A stretch of DNA of 64,000 nt from Geosiphon pyriformis uo1 (lineage: Eukaryota; Fungi; Glomeromycota): NCBI GenBank assembly GCA_016748015.1, contig JAAOMT010000607.1, positions 62,001 through 126,000 of the forward strand, given 5' to 3'. The position numbers and the translations under genes were made by a program. This document shows, piece after piece, positions 37,318 through 51,399 of the stretch. Under the pieces are notes generated by a model that was given only the letters and a program-made list of their open reading frames with translations, searched no databases and was not told the origin of the DNA. Within the stretch, counting starts at the first letter, position 1; every line of letters begins with the position of its first letter.

Positions 37318-40300
37318 TTTTATTTTGTTTTGGATGGGTTAATAGTCTAAATGAATATTGCTTTCAAAGGTTGTAGAAGCTTTGAAATTTTTGTCAAGTT
37401 TTTCTGGAAACAATTTATTTATTATCGCTACTTCTGAATTTGTTGTGAGGATTCGACCAACTTCTTGGAGCTTCATATTTATCTAGAAAATTTTCTTCGA
37501 GTTCATAATTTGTTAAATAATAAAATTTTGAGAGCTCATCCAAATTATGTTAAAGTTTTAACAACAAAGACTAAAAAGATAATACCACCCAAAAAATCAT
37601 TCATCTCCTATTTCGGTAACTTATTTTGAATAGTTCACATCAAAATGGAAACACAACCAAATCAAGATTGAAGCTACATTGTTACTCCCATTTTGCTTTT
37701 CAAAGTCGTTCTAACGGCAACAATTATTAAAGAGTGGCTTATTATTCAATAAGGTTTTTCAATAACCTTTAGTGGCATAGCCAATCCTATAAAAGGAATA
37801 TAAAAGCCAATTAAAGAAATTCATTCTTTTCGGGGCTTAGGAATTACGTTTCGCTCATTAAAGTTCAAATGTGCAAACGTATAACCGTGACGCAAACTTT
37901 GTTTAAGAAGTCAAAGCTAGGAAACCTGATTTAATTGGAAAATTAGCTGTGTTATCCAAGTGTTCGGAGAAATAGAAGAAAATTATTTTTAAAAATAATC
38001 CCTTGTGAGATTTTATTCCATAATTTTTGTATTATGAATTTCATGGAACAGGTTCTGTTTGAACAGTATTAAACGCGAATAGTTCGTATTATTCTATGAA
38101 ATGATTATATCTAACAATTAGCAAAGAAAAAAGCTTCTGAACAAATAATATTCTTTGAAACCATAATTGTTAAATTTTATCCTTATTATTTTTGATAGGC
38201 TGTAACATTGAGATAAGCCATAGAAACAACAATTAAACTTTACGATTCCATCTGGGGAATTGGTAATTGTGCTAGCTATCAGAATTCTTTGTGAACTTGA
38301 TTGATGCGATAATACTGGAGTAAATTTTAGAGAAGTTCAAAGAAACTTGTAAGAGTTTAAGAATTTACAAAATTCCAAGAAAAACTTGGTTTGGGTTTCT
38401 TTTGATAGCAGCTTCTAGGAGTCTGAGTTTTATGAATGTAGCTATTTTGTCAATTTTTTTAATAATACTTTTTTTGCGAAATTAAATTTCCCATAATTTT
38501 TCAGGCACGACTTTGAGTATTTAAAGGCGAAATTTATTAAAAGCATTTTAATAACAGACTTTTTACAAATCGAACCTTTTCAAAAACCCCTTTTATAATA
38601 AAATTGTTGTCCATTAAGACAAAAGTTCACCAATAAGAAGTTTCGAATTTTTCAATTTGACTATATGTAGTCATAACAGCTTTATTAGTAGTTCCTCTTG
38701 CAAGTTTCCAATTAAACAAGGCTTAAAGTGTTATTCTTTGTTATGATTATGTATTCGGATAGATTGTAGGCATTTCTATCAGAAGGTAAACCATTATAGA
38801 AATTACATTTATACGATCCAATCATCTGAAAATAATCTATGATTTTAAATTATATTAACTATTGTATTTTACTTAGTTTTCAAATTTTTTATTTTCAAGA
38901 AATCTTTTAATGCAATTGTGGTATTAAAATTGCGACTAATTAATTAATTAATTAATTAAGTTAAATGAATTTTCTAATCATCTTTTCAGCTTTCAGTTCA
39001 AAGGACTAAATATTTTTTTTCGAAAAACTTAATTTGTTGTTTGAAAACTAAGATTATTTAATATATCAAATTTACATGCACATTATTTATTTGTTTTATC
39101 ATTTAGAATCATTCATTGTCACTATTTCACACTTGTTGTAATCATCTACTTTTTGGTAAATTCTTTTAATTTCAAGGTTTTCCATGGTATTAAGAAAATT
39201 TAAATAAATATTATAAAAATAAAAAATATTACTGAAAGCATACGTATTTTTTATTATTTGGATTTACAAAGTTGATCATAATCTAAGGAAAATTTTATAA
39301 AAACATTGATTAAATACCAATCCTATATGTTAAATTTTGACAAATAAAATATTATTTAATATTTAACTTGAAACTTTTCAAAATATTATTTTACTTTTTA
39401 TCTTAAAAAAATTATTATCTTGATAAATTATCAAAGATTTAGAATATTAACCTGAGTTCAATGATTTATTACAATTCTAGTATTTTATTCTTTGGAATAT
39501 ATATAACTTTTTAAAATTTTAGAGTGAAAACTTTGATAAAAGTATTTACAGCGGAAAGAACTAATATTATTACTTTCAATTTGTTATAAATTTACATATA
39601 GAAAACAAATTTTATTTTAGTTTTCAAATTATAAAGAGAAAAGTGAGTTTTTGATTTATAATAATTATATAAAAAAATATCAATTCAAAGCTTTCATAAA
39701 AAAATTAAATTTTTAATTTACATTAATTACTTTTGAAATTTTCAAGAAAAATAAAATATTAATTGCAATATATATTTTAGTTGATTAGTTATATCTCAAT
39801 TAACATAAATAAAATAAACCGCCAAAATAATTCAAAAATTTTCAAAAAGAAATATTACATATCAATATATTTAATAAATAAAACCATGAGATTAAAAGTA
39901 CGAAATTAATTTTTGCCAAAAGCTCAATATTTTATATAATTAAACATGAAGTAAACAAAATTTGGATTTCGAATAATAAAATTTTTTAAATTGATTCTTT
40001 TTTGTAAATTTCTTTGCTTATTTTTTAATTGTTAAGATCAATTAAATTTTGTACAATTTGCCATTAAATACTTATTCATTGATATAAATCTTGAAATTTG
40101 AAAAATTTAATTTAAAAATTATGAGCATTTTCTTTAAAATTCATCAATTTTAGCAAATGTGTGAAAAAAATGTAATAATATTTGGTTTTTAATCATTAAA
40201 TAATGCAAAAATAATTAAATTGAACCTTTTTTATAGTTTCAAATTATTTTTTTTAATGAGTTTAAGAAAATTCCGAAAAAGTGAAGCAAATTTTATTCAA

Positions 40301-40389
40301 ATACATTTTATTTCAAACTCTTTATTTAATTCTAATTATTGGAGTTTCATAATAATAGTATTTTATAGCTATACTTTTGAATAATTCTT

Positions 40390-41125
40390 TAAACAGGTGA
40401 ACAATAAAAGTTCTCAATAATTGTTGAGAAACATCTAAAAAATTTGTTGAATGCAAAATTTTTCAATAAAAAAAGCTTTTTAAGGTTGCCAAATAACAAA
40501 AAACCTGTTAACACTAATAATTTTCTAATAATTTTTCGCAATTTCCATTGAAAGGCAGCTCAAATATTCTCAATAAATTTAAAGTCTGGCCTATATGATA
40601 GCCATAAAATATATAATAAATGGAAAAGTCTTGTATGAAAGTAATCATCCACATCATTAGAAATACGCTTTGGATCATTATTTTACATATTTTCTAGTCA
40701 TAAATTTGATTATTTAGTTGTTGCCGTTATTAATTTCTGCTCGGACTGTACATAGTTCATCCTAACTGTGTAAATATTTTTGGTCTAATAGTTACCGAAA
40801 CTGTTCAACAAACTGGTTAGCTCTTTCATTTTTATCTCAGCGTCATGTCGTTTTTACCAAAAACGGCCAGATTCAAGATATTCATTATTCTACCCACACA
40901 GCTTACTTCTTACAAACGTGCCAGATTGAACGCAAACTATTACATTTAAGACAGGCAAAATGAAAGCATGGCTCGAAGAAAAGCGTCTTGATCTCGAGAT
41001 TGGTGAACGAACTGTCTAAGAAAAGCTTTCAAGGCTTAACTACATTGCCATTTTTCCCAAATATATCTCTCTGTTCACTGAAAGCTCCAAGGAGAACCAC
41101 TTGTAATAGATGCATAACCATCGTC
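40390..41125. mobile_element. Rearranged Tc1/mariner transposase relic (C-terminal part on -, N-terminal part on +)
   Basis: Minus strand ~40390-40745: *NNDPKRIS (QDNDPKH-like) and WLSYRPDFKFIENI* (WPSYSPDLNPIENxW-like). Plus strand ~40780-41125: KMKAWLEEKRLDLEIGERTV*EKLSRLNYIAIFPKYISLFT (Tc1 HTH/linker-like). Boundaries approximate. Confidence 0.65.
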
Positions 41126-41809
41126 ATTACAACTAGGGGACTTTAATATATTTTAGTATTGAAACAATTTTAAAATTATAATACATTTCAGTAAATGTAT
41201 TCTAATTTATTAAAAACAGTTGTATGTTCTAATAAAAAAATAATAATCCTTTGTTAATGCATAAAATGACATTTTTATTTGAAGAGTATCACTTATAAAT
41301 GGGATTAGATTGATGAAGAGTCGTCTATATAACTCATGTTTATATAGTGAAATAAATAAGAGAATAAATTTTATTTACAGAATATATAAATTTTTTACCT
41401 TTAGATAAATAGATTGATTCTTTTTAAAAAAGTAAATTTTTAACATATAAAAATTAAAACAAATAATTGATCGATATAAAAAACTCTTTTAAATTAGGAA
41501 AATTTACTTTTGGAAAGATCAATCATTTGCAAACTTAAAAGGTGACATGTATAAACTGCTCCTGAATGAATTGCTGTTGTTGAAGTTTTTATTATCTCTT
41601 CTTTAACATTTCTTATAAGTTTTTATCTGATTCATTAAACTGTATTATTTCAAGACTCCCATTTGTAGATTTCTTTTAGAATTTTGTTTTTTTTAGTAAA
41701 CTTTCTAATAAATTAGTATAAAATAGTTTCATATTTATAGATAGTTTTTTTACTTTAACTTCATTATTTTCACCCTTCCCCTCAATCATATTTATTTACA
41801 CACACTATG

Positions 41810-43540
41810 AATTTGATAGGATAGACTTCGCCCTGGTGATTTCAAATAAAAGATCTCTTTGTCGCTATTATGTGTTTTTTGGCAATGGATATAAACGAGA
41901 TCCTACTCTTTTTTATGTTGTGCACACTGCAGCTCCAAATTTTAGGACGCTGAAGAGCAGACTTAGCGGCTAATATAATAGATAACTTATTCTTATGCTT
42001 ATTTGCTTTTCAGATGTTTACAGTGAAAGAATATAAAGAAAAAGATACGAATGTCCCCGAACTTTCCTATACTATCGATGTCATCTGTATTCTTATAATT
42101 AAGCTAAAAAAATATGCATCTGTAGTCAAGAGCAGAATCAAAAATTCATTACTTCTGAAATTACTATCCTCAGACTCTCGCACTTCAAACATCCCAAGAC
42201 CTCAATGTTATCATCAGCTAGGTGCCTCCAAACTATGAGCACACAAATTGATGAGTGAAGCATCTTTCAACCTGTCTGCAATTATGTCCCACCAATTAGC
42301 CAACACACGTATCTTTCAAAGAGTCCAAGTCCAGTAATATTTTTGTTGTTCTCATCCGAAATAATTATAATAAACCACCCAATGGGGATAATTACCAGAA
42401 TTCACCTTCATATACAAATCCAATTGTCTTCAACTTATCCAACACGGTCATTGAATATCCAACTTTACTTTGACATCTTCAGCAGCTTCGACATCTTTAG
42501 CCTACTTTCCTAGAGCCACTTTTGCTGTTCCCTGATGCGCATTCTCTCCTCACTCCTAGCTACACGCAATATGTTTTACATATCAAGGTACACACCCCAG
42601 GTTTAACTAAACGACCAGGTGAAAATTGAGGTCGCCAAATCGTCACTATCGCTGCGGAAAGTTTGGGTTTTGAAAAAAGCAGTACGAAAATAGAAAACAA
42701 TCTCCCAACGAAATTCGACGTGAATATTTTTCTATACAGCAAGTGGCGAAGTCGATAGAACCTACTGGCACTTCCAAACTGCAGGTGATCTCAAGGTTGA
42801 ATCCCTTTTCAACCCTCATTGTCGGGTATACGTTTTTCCGTAATCAGTGATTAGCAAAATTCCAATAATCGGTTTTGAATCGATATTTGCTAAAAAATCG
42901 ACATCCTATTTTTCTCATTAGCAGATTGCGGAATAATTGAGTACATTTAAACTTTCCCAAAGCTTTCATGCACTTTTTCTCAGCTTTTGTTTACATACTG
43001 GACTGGATTTATACCCTTGATCCCAGCAAATCATCTATCTGCAGAACAATAATCAAAATGTTTAGCATACTTTCACGTTTGATGAATGGTCAAAATATTA
43101 ATAATGCCTTAGATGATATTGGGTTTTGAATGATCGTGTTAGTTACCTGTGAACTTGCGTTTAGGTTTGAGGGATAACTTTATGGTTCAGATTCTATCAA
43201 ATATAGACAATTAGCGGCCACGAAAAATTTTCAAAAGTTTTGAATGATTAAATAGATTGCTCTCTCCTCATTTAACCAAACAGTCTAGTCCGCAATACAC
43301 TTGAAGTAAAGCATTTTTTAGAGTATGTACATATCAGCCATTATTTCATTTTTTCATCAGATTTTTGCAGCACTTTATAGCTTGATGAAGGGCAATGTTG
43401 TACTTGTCTAAGGCATAGTTTCGAAAGGAGTCGAGAGGAGCATTCAGGCATCCAATTAACGTGACGCTGTTGTATGAATTTCGCGCGAAGATAGTATGAC
43501 TTGACAAAAAAAAAGTTGAGCATTTTGTTTTAGCCATAGC
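41810..43540 (+). mobile_element. Possible decayed non-LTR (LINE-like) retrotransposon 3' region
   Basis: GC-richer, stop-riddled block with weak motifs (VPELSYTID, NIPRPQCYHQLG, LMKGNVV) resembling the region downstream of LINE reverse transcriptases. No YADD core seen. Confidence 0.35.
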
Positions 43541-45761
43541 TAGTCAATAACTACTTAAGTGGGCCGTTTTTAACTCAAGGCCGGTCTTCGACTATACGAT
43601 TACTGGCTTCTGACAGATCTAAACTCTGTCACAGACGCTTCGAGTGCCCCAAAACCCCCAATAATTCTGTATCCCGAGGATAGCCGGCCATTTCTAGCTT
43701 CCGATAGAACCAAACTTGGATACTTTTTTCTTACAGAACTATTCAGTGAGGCACGAAAAATATCGTTTTATAATCCACCATCTAGAAAATTAAATGGAGG
43801 TGGAGAAAAGCCCCAGGTGAAAAAAGCTATATTATTACAAATGGTGTGATTATCGGAATTATGTTAGTATGACATAGGTTTCTATTAAGGAGTCATTAAT
43901 ATATCATCATAATACTAATATTTTATTAATTTTAAAAAAACAAAAAATATATATTGAAGCTAACCGACGAAAACCACTTTGCAAAGTTTCATAGGATCTC
44001 AAAAAGTTTTTGGTCTTTGGGTATAGAAGGAAGATTTTTATTCATTAAATAGAATTCAAAAGTAAAGTAAGGCAACTAAGAGAACTTGATATTTAAGAAA
44101 ATACAAAAGCTAGGAATATATACGAATAAATTACTATTACGTTTTGAATGTAATTCTTCTTTATTAAAAGATATGAATTTTAATTTACCATTTTAGAATA
44201 TAAATGAATCTTCATATCATTATTCCATTAAATAGAAAATACGTTCGATGAGAAGAAGAATAATAAGAAGAAGATGAAGAAGAATAACAAATCTTCTTGA
44301 AAAATGCTTAATCATTCTAGAAATTAAACAATTATTGAAAAAGTTAATCTTGATTTCATTGATTAAACCAGATTATTAAAAATGGTTTAGAATTAGAAAG
44401 TTAAAAAACTTTGTCATATGAAAATTTCCTTCTTTAAAATTCTCCTGGACATCTTAAGCAGTTGAGTTAATTAAAATATTAATTCATTTAGATGGTAACG
44501 TCATTTTCTCATTCAATTGAAGCAATAATAAAATAATGAAAATAATGAATAAGTGGTTAGGCCTGAGAAATTTACAAACGGGATTTTTATATTTTTACCT
44601 TTTCCCTACTTAAAGGAGTTTTATGTAACAAAATTTTCCGCGGCTTTACATATTATTGAAAATTCTAAATCCTAGGATTACTATACACCTAGTTTTCGAC
44701 CTTGGTCATTTATTCTAGAGAGCCTTCAAAGAATTTTAAGATTCTTCTAGCATCTCAAATCAAAAATTTGATAATAATTGCAATAAAATAAAAATTTCAA
44801 ATTGCTAAAAGAAATTTTCTTAAAGCTTCTCAACCTCTTAAAGTGAATTCTTTGAAATCTAAAAACAATAAATTTAACTTCAAACAAATGATGAAGTTTG
44901 AAATTAACCAGTTTAAAGAAAATTTTCATTATTCAACTCAATAATTAATGTGTCATTTAATTAATCAGAAAGGCTGTCTGTAAAAAGGTTCCATTTGTAG
45001 TTGTCAAAATAAATCCAAAGCTTTTTAGTTGAATTTTAACAAGATTTCCCTTCGATTATAATTTATACTAATGCAGAAATACTAAAATTCCTTCCTCTTA
45101 CAAAAATTCCCACATATTATACTTATATGGTGATCAATTTTCTTAAATAGAGTCGAACGAAATTTATTATTCGCTTCGGCAAAGAATCATTGTCTTCATT
45201 CAATCCCATCGGATGAGTCCTTTAAAATATGACATGCACATTATCTCAGATTTGAATGTTCAACAAACAAATCCGTTGAAGCTAAACCTTTTCATGAATC
45301 GTGATACAAACGCTCTAAAGTTCTTTATTTAATTTTAACCCGATTCCCTATCGTATCTGATATTTAAATACCAACGGCTGATGCCTAGTGAACTTTCAAA
45401 TATTAACAGTTGCCAGCTAAAAGTTATTTGTGGGTCCGGTTGACATGAATCAAAGATAAATGATTGATCCTCGAATAATACAAAAGATAAAAGATAAGCT
45501 ATGATGTGTCTTTGTGACACATCTTTTTACTTTATTTAAAAAAAAAAAACAACAAGACAATCAGATATCATGTCGTTCGCTTAGTAGCACGTTTATCCAG
45601 AAAAGGTTACGATATGCACAATTGCCTAGTTTTTGTTCGTATAAACAAAAGTGTGACTTTTGTGTACATAGCCAAAAGCAACATAAGCCGGATTCTCAGT
45701 TGTGAAACTTTTCCGCTTGTTCGTTTGCATTTTTTTTTTGAAACGTGTCACATATCAAACT

Positions 45762-47120
45762 ATGTCCAAGTTTTCTCAAAATTCTGAAATCAATTTCACT
45801 CAAATTATTCCCAATCTTACTGATCAAGAAGAAAGATTAATGCCGATGGAATGTGAAATTTCAACCTGGTCGATACAAGAGAACTTTTTAACCAGTCCTG
45901 TCACTTTGTCGAATTTAACCTCCATTCAAAATCATGATATTCCTATGTTATGTCTTAAGAATGATCTGATTAATGAACAAATTTTAGATAGTGATTTTGG
46001 AAGGCAATTGTTAGAAGTCTTCGAAAACGCAGTCAGACGTGGTGAAAAACCATTTTACACAAAACTTATAAATGAATTTATTAAAAAAACGCCATACACT
46101 TCTGAAAAAATATTCAAGCAATTATGTGTTCATGCAAATAAAAAAAGATTCGGCTCTCTATTAGGATGCTTTTATCAACATGGAATTGGGACCTCGGTGG
46201 ATTTCAAAAAAGCCTTCAATCAATACAAAGTTTCAGCGCAACTTGGCGATTCACTCGCTCAGGCTTTTCTTGGCAGATGTTTTGAAGACGGTGAAGGGTG
46301 TGTCAAAGATGAGACTGAGGCATGTCGTTGGTATAAATTATCCGCAGAAAATGGGTGTGGTCGAGGGCAATGTGCTTTTGGTGTATGTTTATTTGAAGGA
46401 ATGGGTGTTTCTAAAGACGAAAACAGAGGTTTTGAGTTTGTTCAGAAATCTGCAGAAGGTGGTCACGCTGTTGGGCAGTGTAATCTTGCTATTTCTTATG
46501 AAGAAGGAAGTGGGACAACGGAAAATAAAGAAATGGCATTCTATTGGTTCGAAAGGTCAGCCTTAAACGAAAACACCTCGGGGCAATATAATCTTGGTAA
46601 GTCTCGTTGATTAAAAATTTCATTTCTAATTTCATCAATTTCAAATTTATTCTGTATGACAGGAAGATGTTATGAACATGGAATTGGGGTACCTATTGAT
46701 TTAAAAAAAGCTTTTGAATGCTATCTAAGTTCGGCCAAGGGTGAAAACCCAGAAGCACAATGCATGGCAGGATATTGTCATGATCTTGGGATTGGAACCA
46801 AAGAAGATAAAGAAAAGGCTTTTTGGTGGTATGAGAAATCTGCACAGAATGGGGAAATCATTGGACAATACAATTTTGCCAACTTCTACTTTAATGGAAC
46901 TGCTACACTTGTGAACAAAAAGAGAGCTTTCTACTGGTATTCAAAATCCGCCAATACAGGATATGACTTTTCTCAATATCGTCTTGGGTATGCTCACGAA
47001 TTTGGGGCTGGTGCATTAAAAGATTTTCATAAAGCCATCGAGTGGTACCGGAAAGCCGCTGGGCAAAAAAATTTACTCGCCAAAAATGCTATACCCTCAA
47101 TTTTTAACATGATTGACTGA
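45762..47120 (+). CDS. Sel1-like repeat protein, ~430 aa, no kinase domain
   Basis: Exons 45762-46596 and 46663-47120 (phase-1 GTAAGT..CAG intron). About 8 repeats of AQxxLGxCYxxGxGxxxDxxKAFxWYxxSAxxG. Confidence 0.92.
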
Positions 47121-49179
47121 AGCCATGGCCATTAAATATCTTCTTCCCCTCAAAGAACAACATAATTTCGTATAATTATGTCTCATTCGCCAAATTACAA
47201 CTCGTGTTTAGCAGCCTCGGATTCAGCAACCAGAACCTGAAAACAAAAAGTTGTACATATTCTTGCTCTCGTCAATAATTGATAGTTAACCCCCCTTTGC
47301 GTCGTAATCAGAATTTGAGAATTTGAAAGGTTTGAATCTTTTGTGAAGAACGTTCAATATTTTCTGTAGAAGGAAAATTAAACAGAGTTTAAGTATGCAA
47401 CTTTTTTGGATTCACATTTAATTACCAAAACATTTCAATCAACCTGGAATCAATGCCAACTTATTTCCAGTACAAATGAGTTGTTAAACATTTATTTGGA
47501 AAATTCATTATCAATATGCTCAAATATTTGGTTTCTCCCTTTCTTCTTTTAAGACAAAAAGTTTTAGTTGTTTCTAAATCAATAAAATGAGGGAATTACG
47601 AAATTTAAATTAAAATACACATTTCAGAATTTAGGAGTAAAATAGTTTTTGTTTTTCGAGATTTAATTCTGACACTTTATTTCAGAGTAAAAACTTTACA
47701 TACACAACAATAATGAAAAGTCTGAGATTGGGAAATTATTTAATTAAAAAAAAAATTTTCTCATCAATTCTTTCAAGAAATGTTCCTATTTTTTGTATCG
47801 AAAAGAGGTATCGAAATATTTTCAAAAAATGAAATCATTGAAAAACTCTAAACATGACTTTGAAAAAAATGAATCAACTTTTGAGATCGTGGATTAAAAA
47901 TTAAGGATATAATAAATGTTATTTTAAAGTCTTAAACTAAAAATTTTAAAATACACAAGAAGAAAAGATAGGGTTAAAACTGATAAATTTCTTAATTTTT
48001 TTCTTTTACATTAGAAATTTTTGGTTAAAACAACAAAATTTTTTACTGAATATAAATTTATTCTGATTTTTATTGTTAATTTGATTAAAAAATTCATTTG
48101 CAATATTTTAATCTAAAATCAATAATAAATCCTTAAAAAATTTTCCTTTTAGATGCATTTATTAACATTTTTTTTTCTCTAAATTGCTAATAATACTTCT
48201 TTTTGAGACAAATTAAACATAATAATTTTGACATCTAATTTTTTAAAGAGATAAAAAATTAAAAAACTATCAAATCTAGACGCACTTTATTTTGAAAATT
48301 TTTATTTAAACAACTGAGAATTCTTTTATTCAAATCTAGCAGATAATTCATTCTATAATTTTATTTTGTTTGATATTTATTATTTTCGCTAATTTCTAAA
48401 AATATACAGTCTTAATGAGATTTCAAATGGTTTAATTCTTGCAAAGTAACCATTTATTATTAATTCTCGATAAAAAGAATATTTTTTTATGGTTTGCATC
48501 ATAAATTCTTTTGATATAACTTGAATGCTTATAATTGTCATTTTTATAAATATTTCCATGATTGGATCCTTTTAAAATGAATCATAACAGCTCATAAAAT
48601 TATTTCACCAAATAGAAAATTGTAACAAAAAAAGTAACTAATATATAAGTAAAATTGTTTTAATATACAATAAAATTAAACAAATCTAATTTAAACATTC
48701 ACAACAAAAAAAATTAAAAACTGGTGAAATAAAATTATATTTGATATGTAAAAATAAAAGTAAAGAAAAATAAATTCTAAAATACTTGTATGAAATTCAC
48801 AAAAATAATTTTTTGTTTTAATTAGAAATAACATTTCAATAATATAAAAATTAACATAATGTTGTTTTCAATTGAAAATTGTTAAAATTTAGTAAAAGAA
48901 AAACTTGGTTTTATAATGTTAAATAATAAAAACTTTAAGTAAAGTAACAACTATTTATTTCAAGCACAAAATATATAATATTTAAAGAAAATTGCTATTT
49001 TCATATTTAATGTTATAAATTTTTGGTATATTATTATTTAAATGTCAAATATTAACATTATTATACATGTAATAAAAAAATAAAACAGGTTAAACCAAAA
49101 ACTCCATCTTATTTATAAATATTTATACTTTTTTAACTTGTAAATTTGTTAGTTAAAATGTTTTTTTTCTTCCAAGCAA

Positions 49180-49800
49180 TCTTAAGGATATACCTCCATC
49201 CACAAAACCCAAAAAATTGTATTTGATCTACTAACTACCCAAGCAGGGAGAATCGCTAATAGCGACCTAATATACCTGATTTAGCGCATTTTTGAAATTA
49301 TCAGGAAGTTTTGTAGAACGTACTTCGCCACTATGAGCTGGGTTATCCAAGGCACGCATTGTTTCTTCAATTGAGGATCTATATTCCCAGCCCCGTAGGA
49401 CCAAGAAGTCCATGATGATCAAGTCTCTTTAATTGGAACGCCAGAATTATCAGTCGTCATTCTTCAAATTCGTTGCTGTTATAAAAAGTAAACCACAAAA
49501 GATGAAAGTTAGTCAAAGGGTTTGGTAAAGTTTTGTCTCTTTCTTTCTTATATTATACATTAATTTTCAAAAAACCCTCTCAGGAAACATTTTTTCCGGG
49601 TCCAAAATAAAAATTTTGCTCAAACTAACAATCGCTTTACATATCCAATTTAACCAATATGCTTTTGATATCTTAAAGCTATATTTCCAATACTGAGATT
49701 TAGATTTTAAATAAGCGGATTCTATGTTTGTTTGTTTGTTTTTCGTAGTAATAGTTAGACGTATTTAACTGGTTTGAATTGGGTATAATTTTATTCTATA
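49180..49800 (-). pseudogene. Internally deleted, truncated relic of the aldo-keto reductase gene with its upstream region
   Basis: ATG at 49460 (MTTDNSGVP..) matches AKR exon 1, then jumps directly to exon-7 sequence (GGGAATATAGATCCTCAATTGAAGAAACAATGCGTGCC) and exon 8. Frameshifted. 49460-49800 matches the AKR upstream region (e.g. TTGGGTATAATTTTATTCTATA). Confidence 0.88.
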
Positions 49801-50291
49801 CGAAATTTTTGTATTATTAACCAAATAAAGATAAAAATTCGCGTAATTATTTACATTTATATATTTTATAACTCAAAAAATTCCCTATATAAAAGACCCT
49901 AACCTATACACAAGAGCTTTCCCCGAGTTTACACCAATTTTTATGAGCGTTTAGTATAATGGACCTGGATGCTCATGCAGTGAAGATTTTTCAAAAATAA
50001 AGAAAACTCGATAATTTGCTGATGATTACAAGAGCAATGTGATTGTGTAGCAACTTCTGAGTTTGATTATTTCGACATTAAATCTCAGATATATTACCCA
50101 ATAGTATTTAAATATTTACCGAACCAAAGGAAATTTTGATTAGTGCTATAGTTCGATTGAGAAGTGTGAGGCTTTGCATCAATGGTGATCCCAATCTGTT
50201 TCTGCACTGATTCTGTGATTTTAACATAGGTTCCATAGACAATATATAGTAGACCAATAGTTAATCAAAATTGAACAAAGTAAAACATTCA

Positions 50292-50810
50292 ATGATAACA
50301 TTTCCATTTTCGAAATTTTCAAAATCTCCAACTCAATCTAAGGCTAATTCACCAAGGGAATCACCTGTAATAACATTCGCAGCCCATTTTCCAGATATCA
50401 ACGCGATTTATGGTGTCCAATTTGAGCATTATCTTCCCTTGACCTCGAACTACATCATTTTTTCACCAAATCGTTCCCTCTCCGATCTTATATTTTCAAT
50501 TAATTTTTATCCTCAAAATTCTTCCGAATGGGTAAATTTCGACGAAACTTTACGAAAATTTAGTGGTTTGCCACCCAAAGACGCGGTTAATAATACAACC
50601 GTTTTTATAAACGTTGAAGATTTTTTACAAGAAAGGAATAACACGAGTTCAATTATGCATATATTAGTATCTAATGTGCCAAGAGGAAAAATTGAGGTTC
50701 CTGAGAAGGTTATTGCGGTTTTGGTGGCATTTATAGTTATGATATTATTGGGGGTCTTCGTTTCTTTTGTGTTTGTCATGTTAAAAAAGTGGCTTGATCG
50801 TTCCAATTGA
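50292..50810 (+). CDS. Single cadherin-like (CADG/He_PIG, Axl2-type) domain protein with C-terminal TM helix
   Basis: SEWVNFDETLRKFSGLPP matches the CADG consensus WLxFDxxTxxFSGxP. Several N-x-S/T sites; TM VIAVLVAFIVMILLGVFVSFVFVML followed by KK. The 5' end may be incomplete (no signal peptide in the ORF). Confidence 0.7.
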   Translation: MITFPFSKFSKSPTQSKANSPRESPVITFAAHFPDINAIYGVQFEHYLPLTSNYIIFSPNRSLSDLIFSINFYPQNSSEWVNFDETLRKFSGLPPKDAVNNTTVFINVEDFLQERNNTSSIMHILVSNVPRGKIEVPEKVIAVLVAFIVMILLGVFVSFVFVMLKKWLDRSN

Positions 50811-51399
50811 TAATTGCATGTATTTCTTTTTTTTGAACATTATTAAAAATCTAGCAAGACTGCTCTTACACACGAATTATCAACGAATCCTATTAATTTA
50901 CTTTCTAATGTATAACGCACATACACCAAAGTTAAGAGGAAAACCTTTCATATAATTATGTTCTCTTATCCCTATGATTTTCGAATAGCTCAAAACAAAT
51001 TCAAAACAGTGTATCGCAACCCGAAAATAATCTTTTTAATCAAAGATTTTTTATCCAAGAACAATTTTAATTACTTGTGTAGAAAAAAAATCTTGTTCAA
51101 AATATGGTAATTCAAAGCAGAATGACTTTCAGGTAATTTTTGACTTGGCTAGATAAATATTCAAGTCCAATAATTTGCGAAATATTTAGCCTATTACACT
51201 TATCAGTATTAGCCACTATTTCTTAAAAATGAGAAAAGGTTTGTGAATTTGCCTTTAGTTTACAAAGACCAATATTTATTGGGATAAAAGTTTCTTCACA
51301 TAGATCATTAGTATGATCTTTTCAATGGGAAGCACAGAAGCGATTGTTACAATCAATTACAACTTCAAAATAAACCAGCTATTTGAGCTCATATCATGA

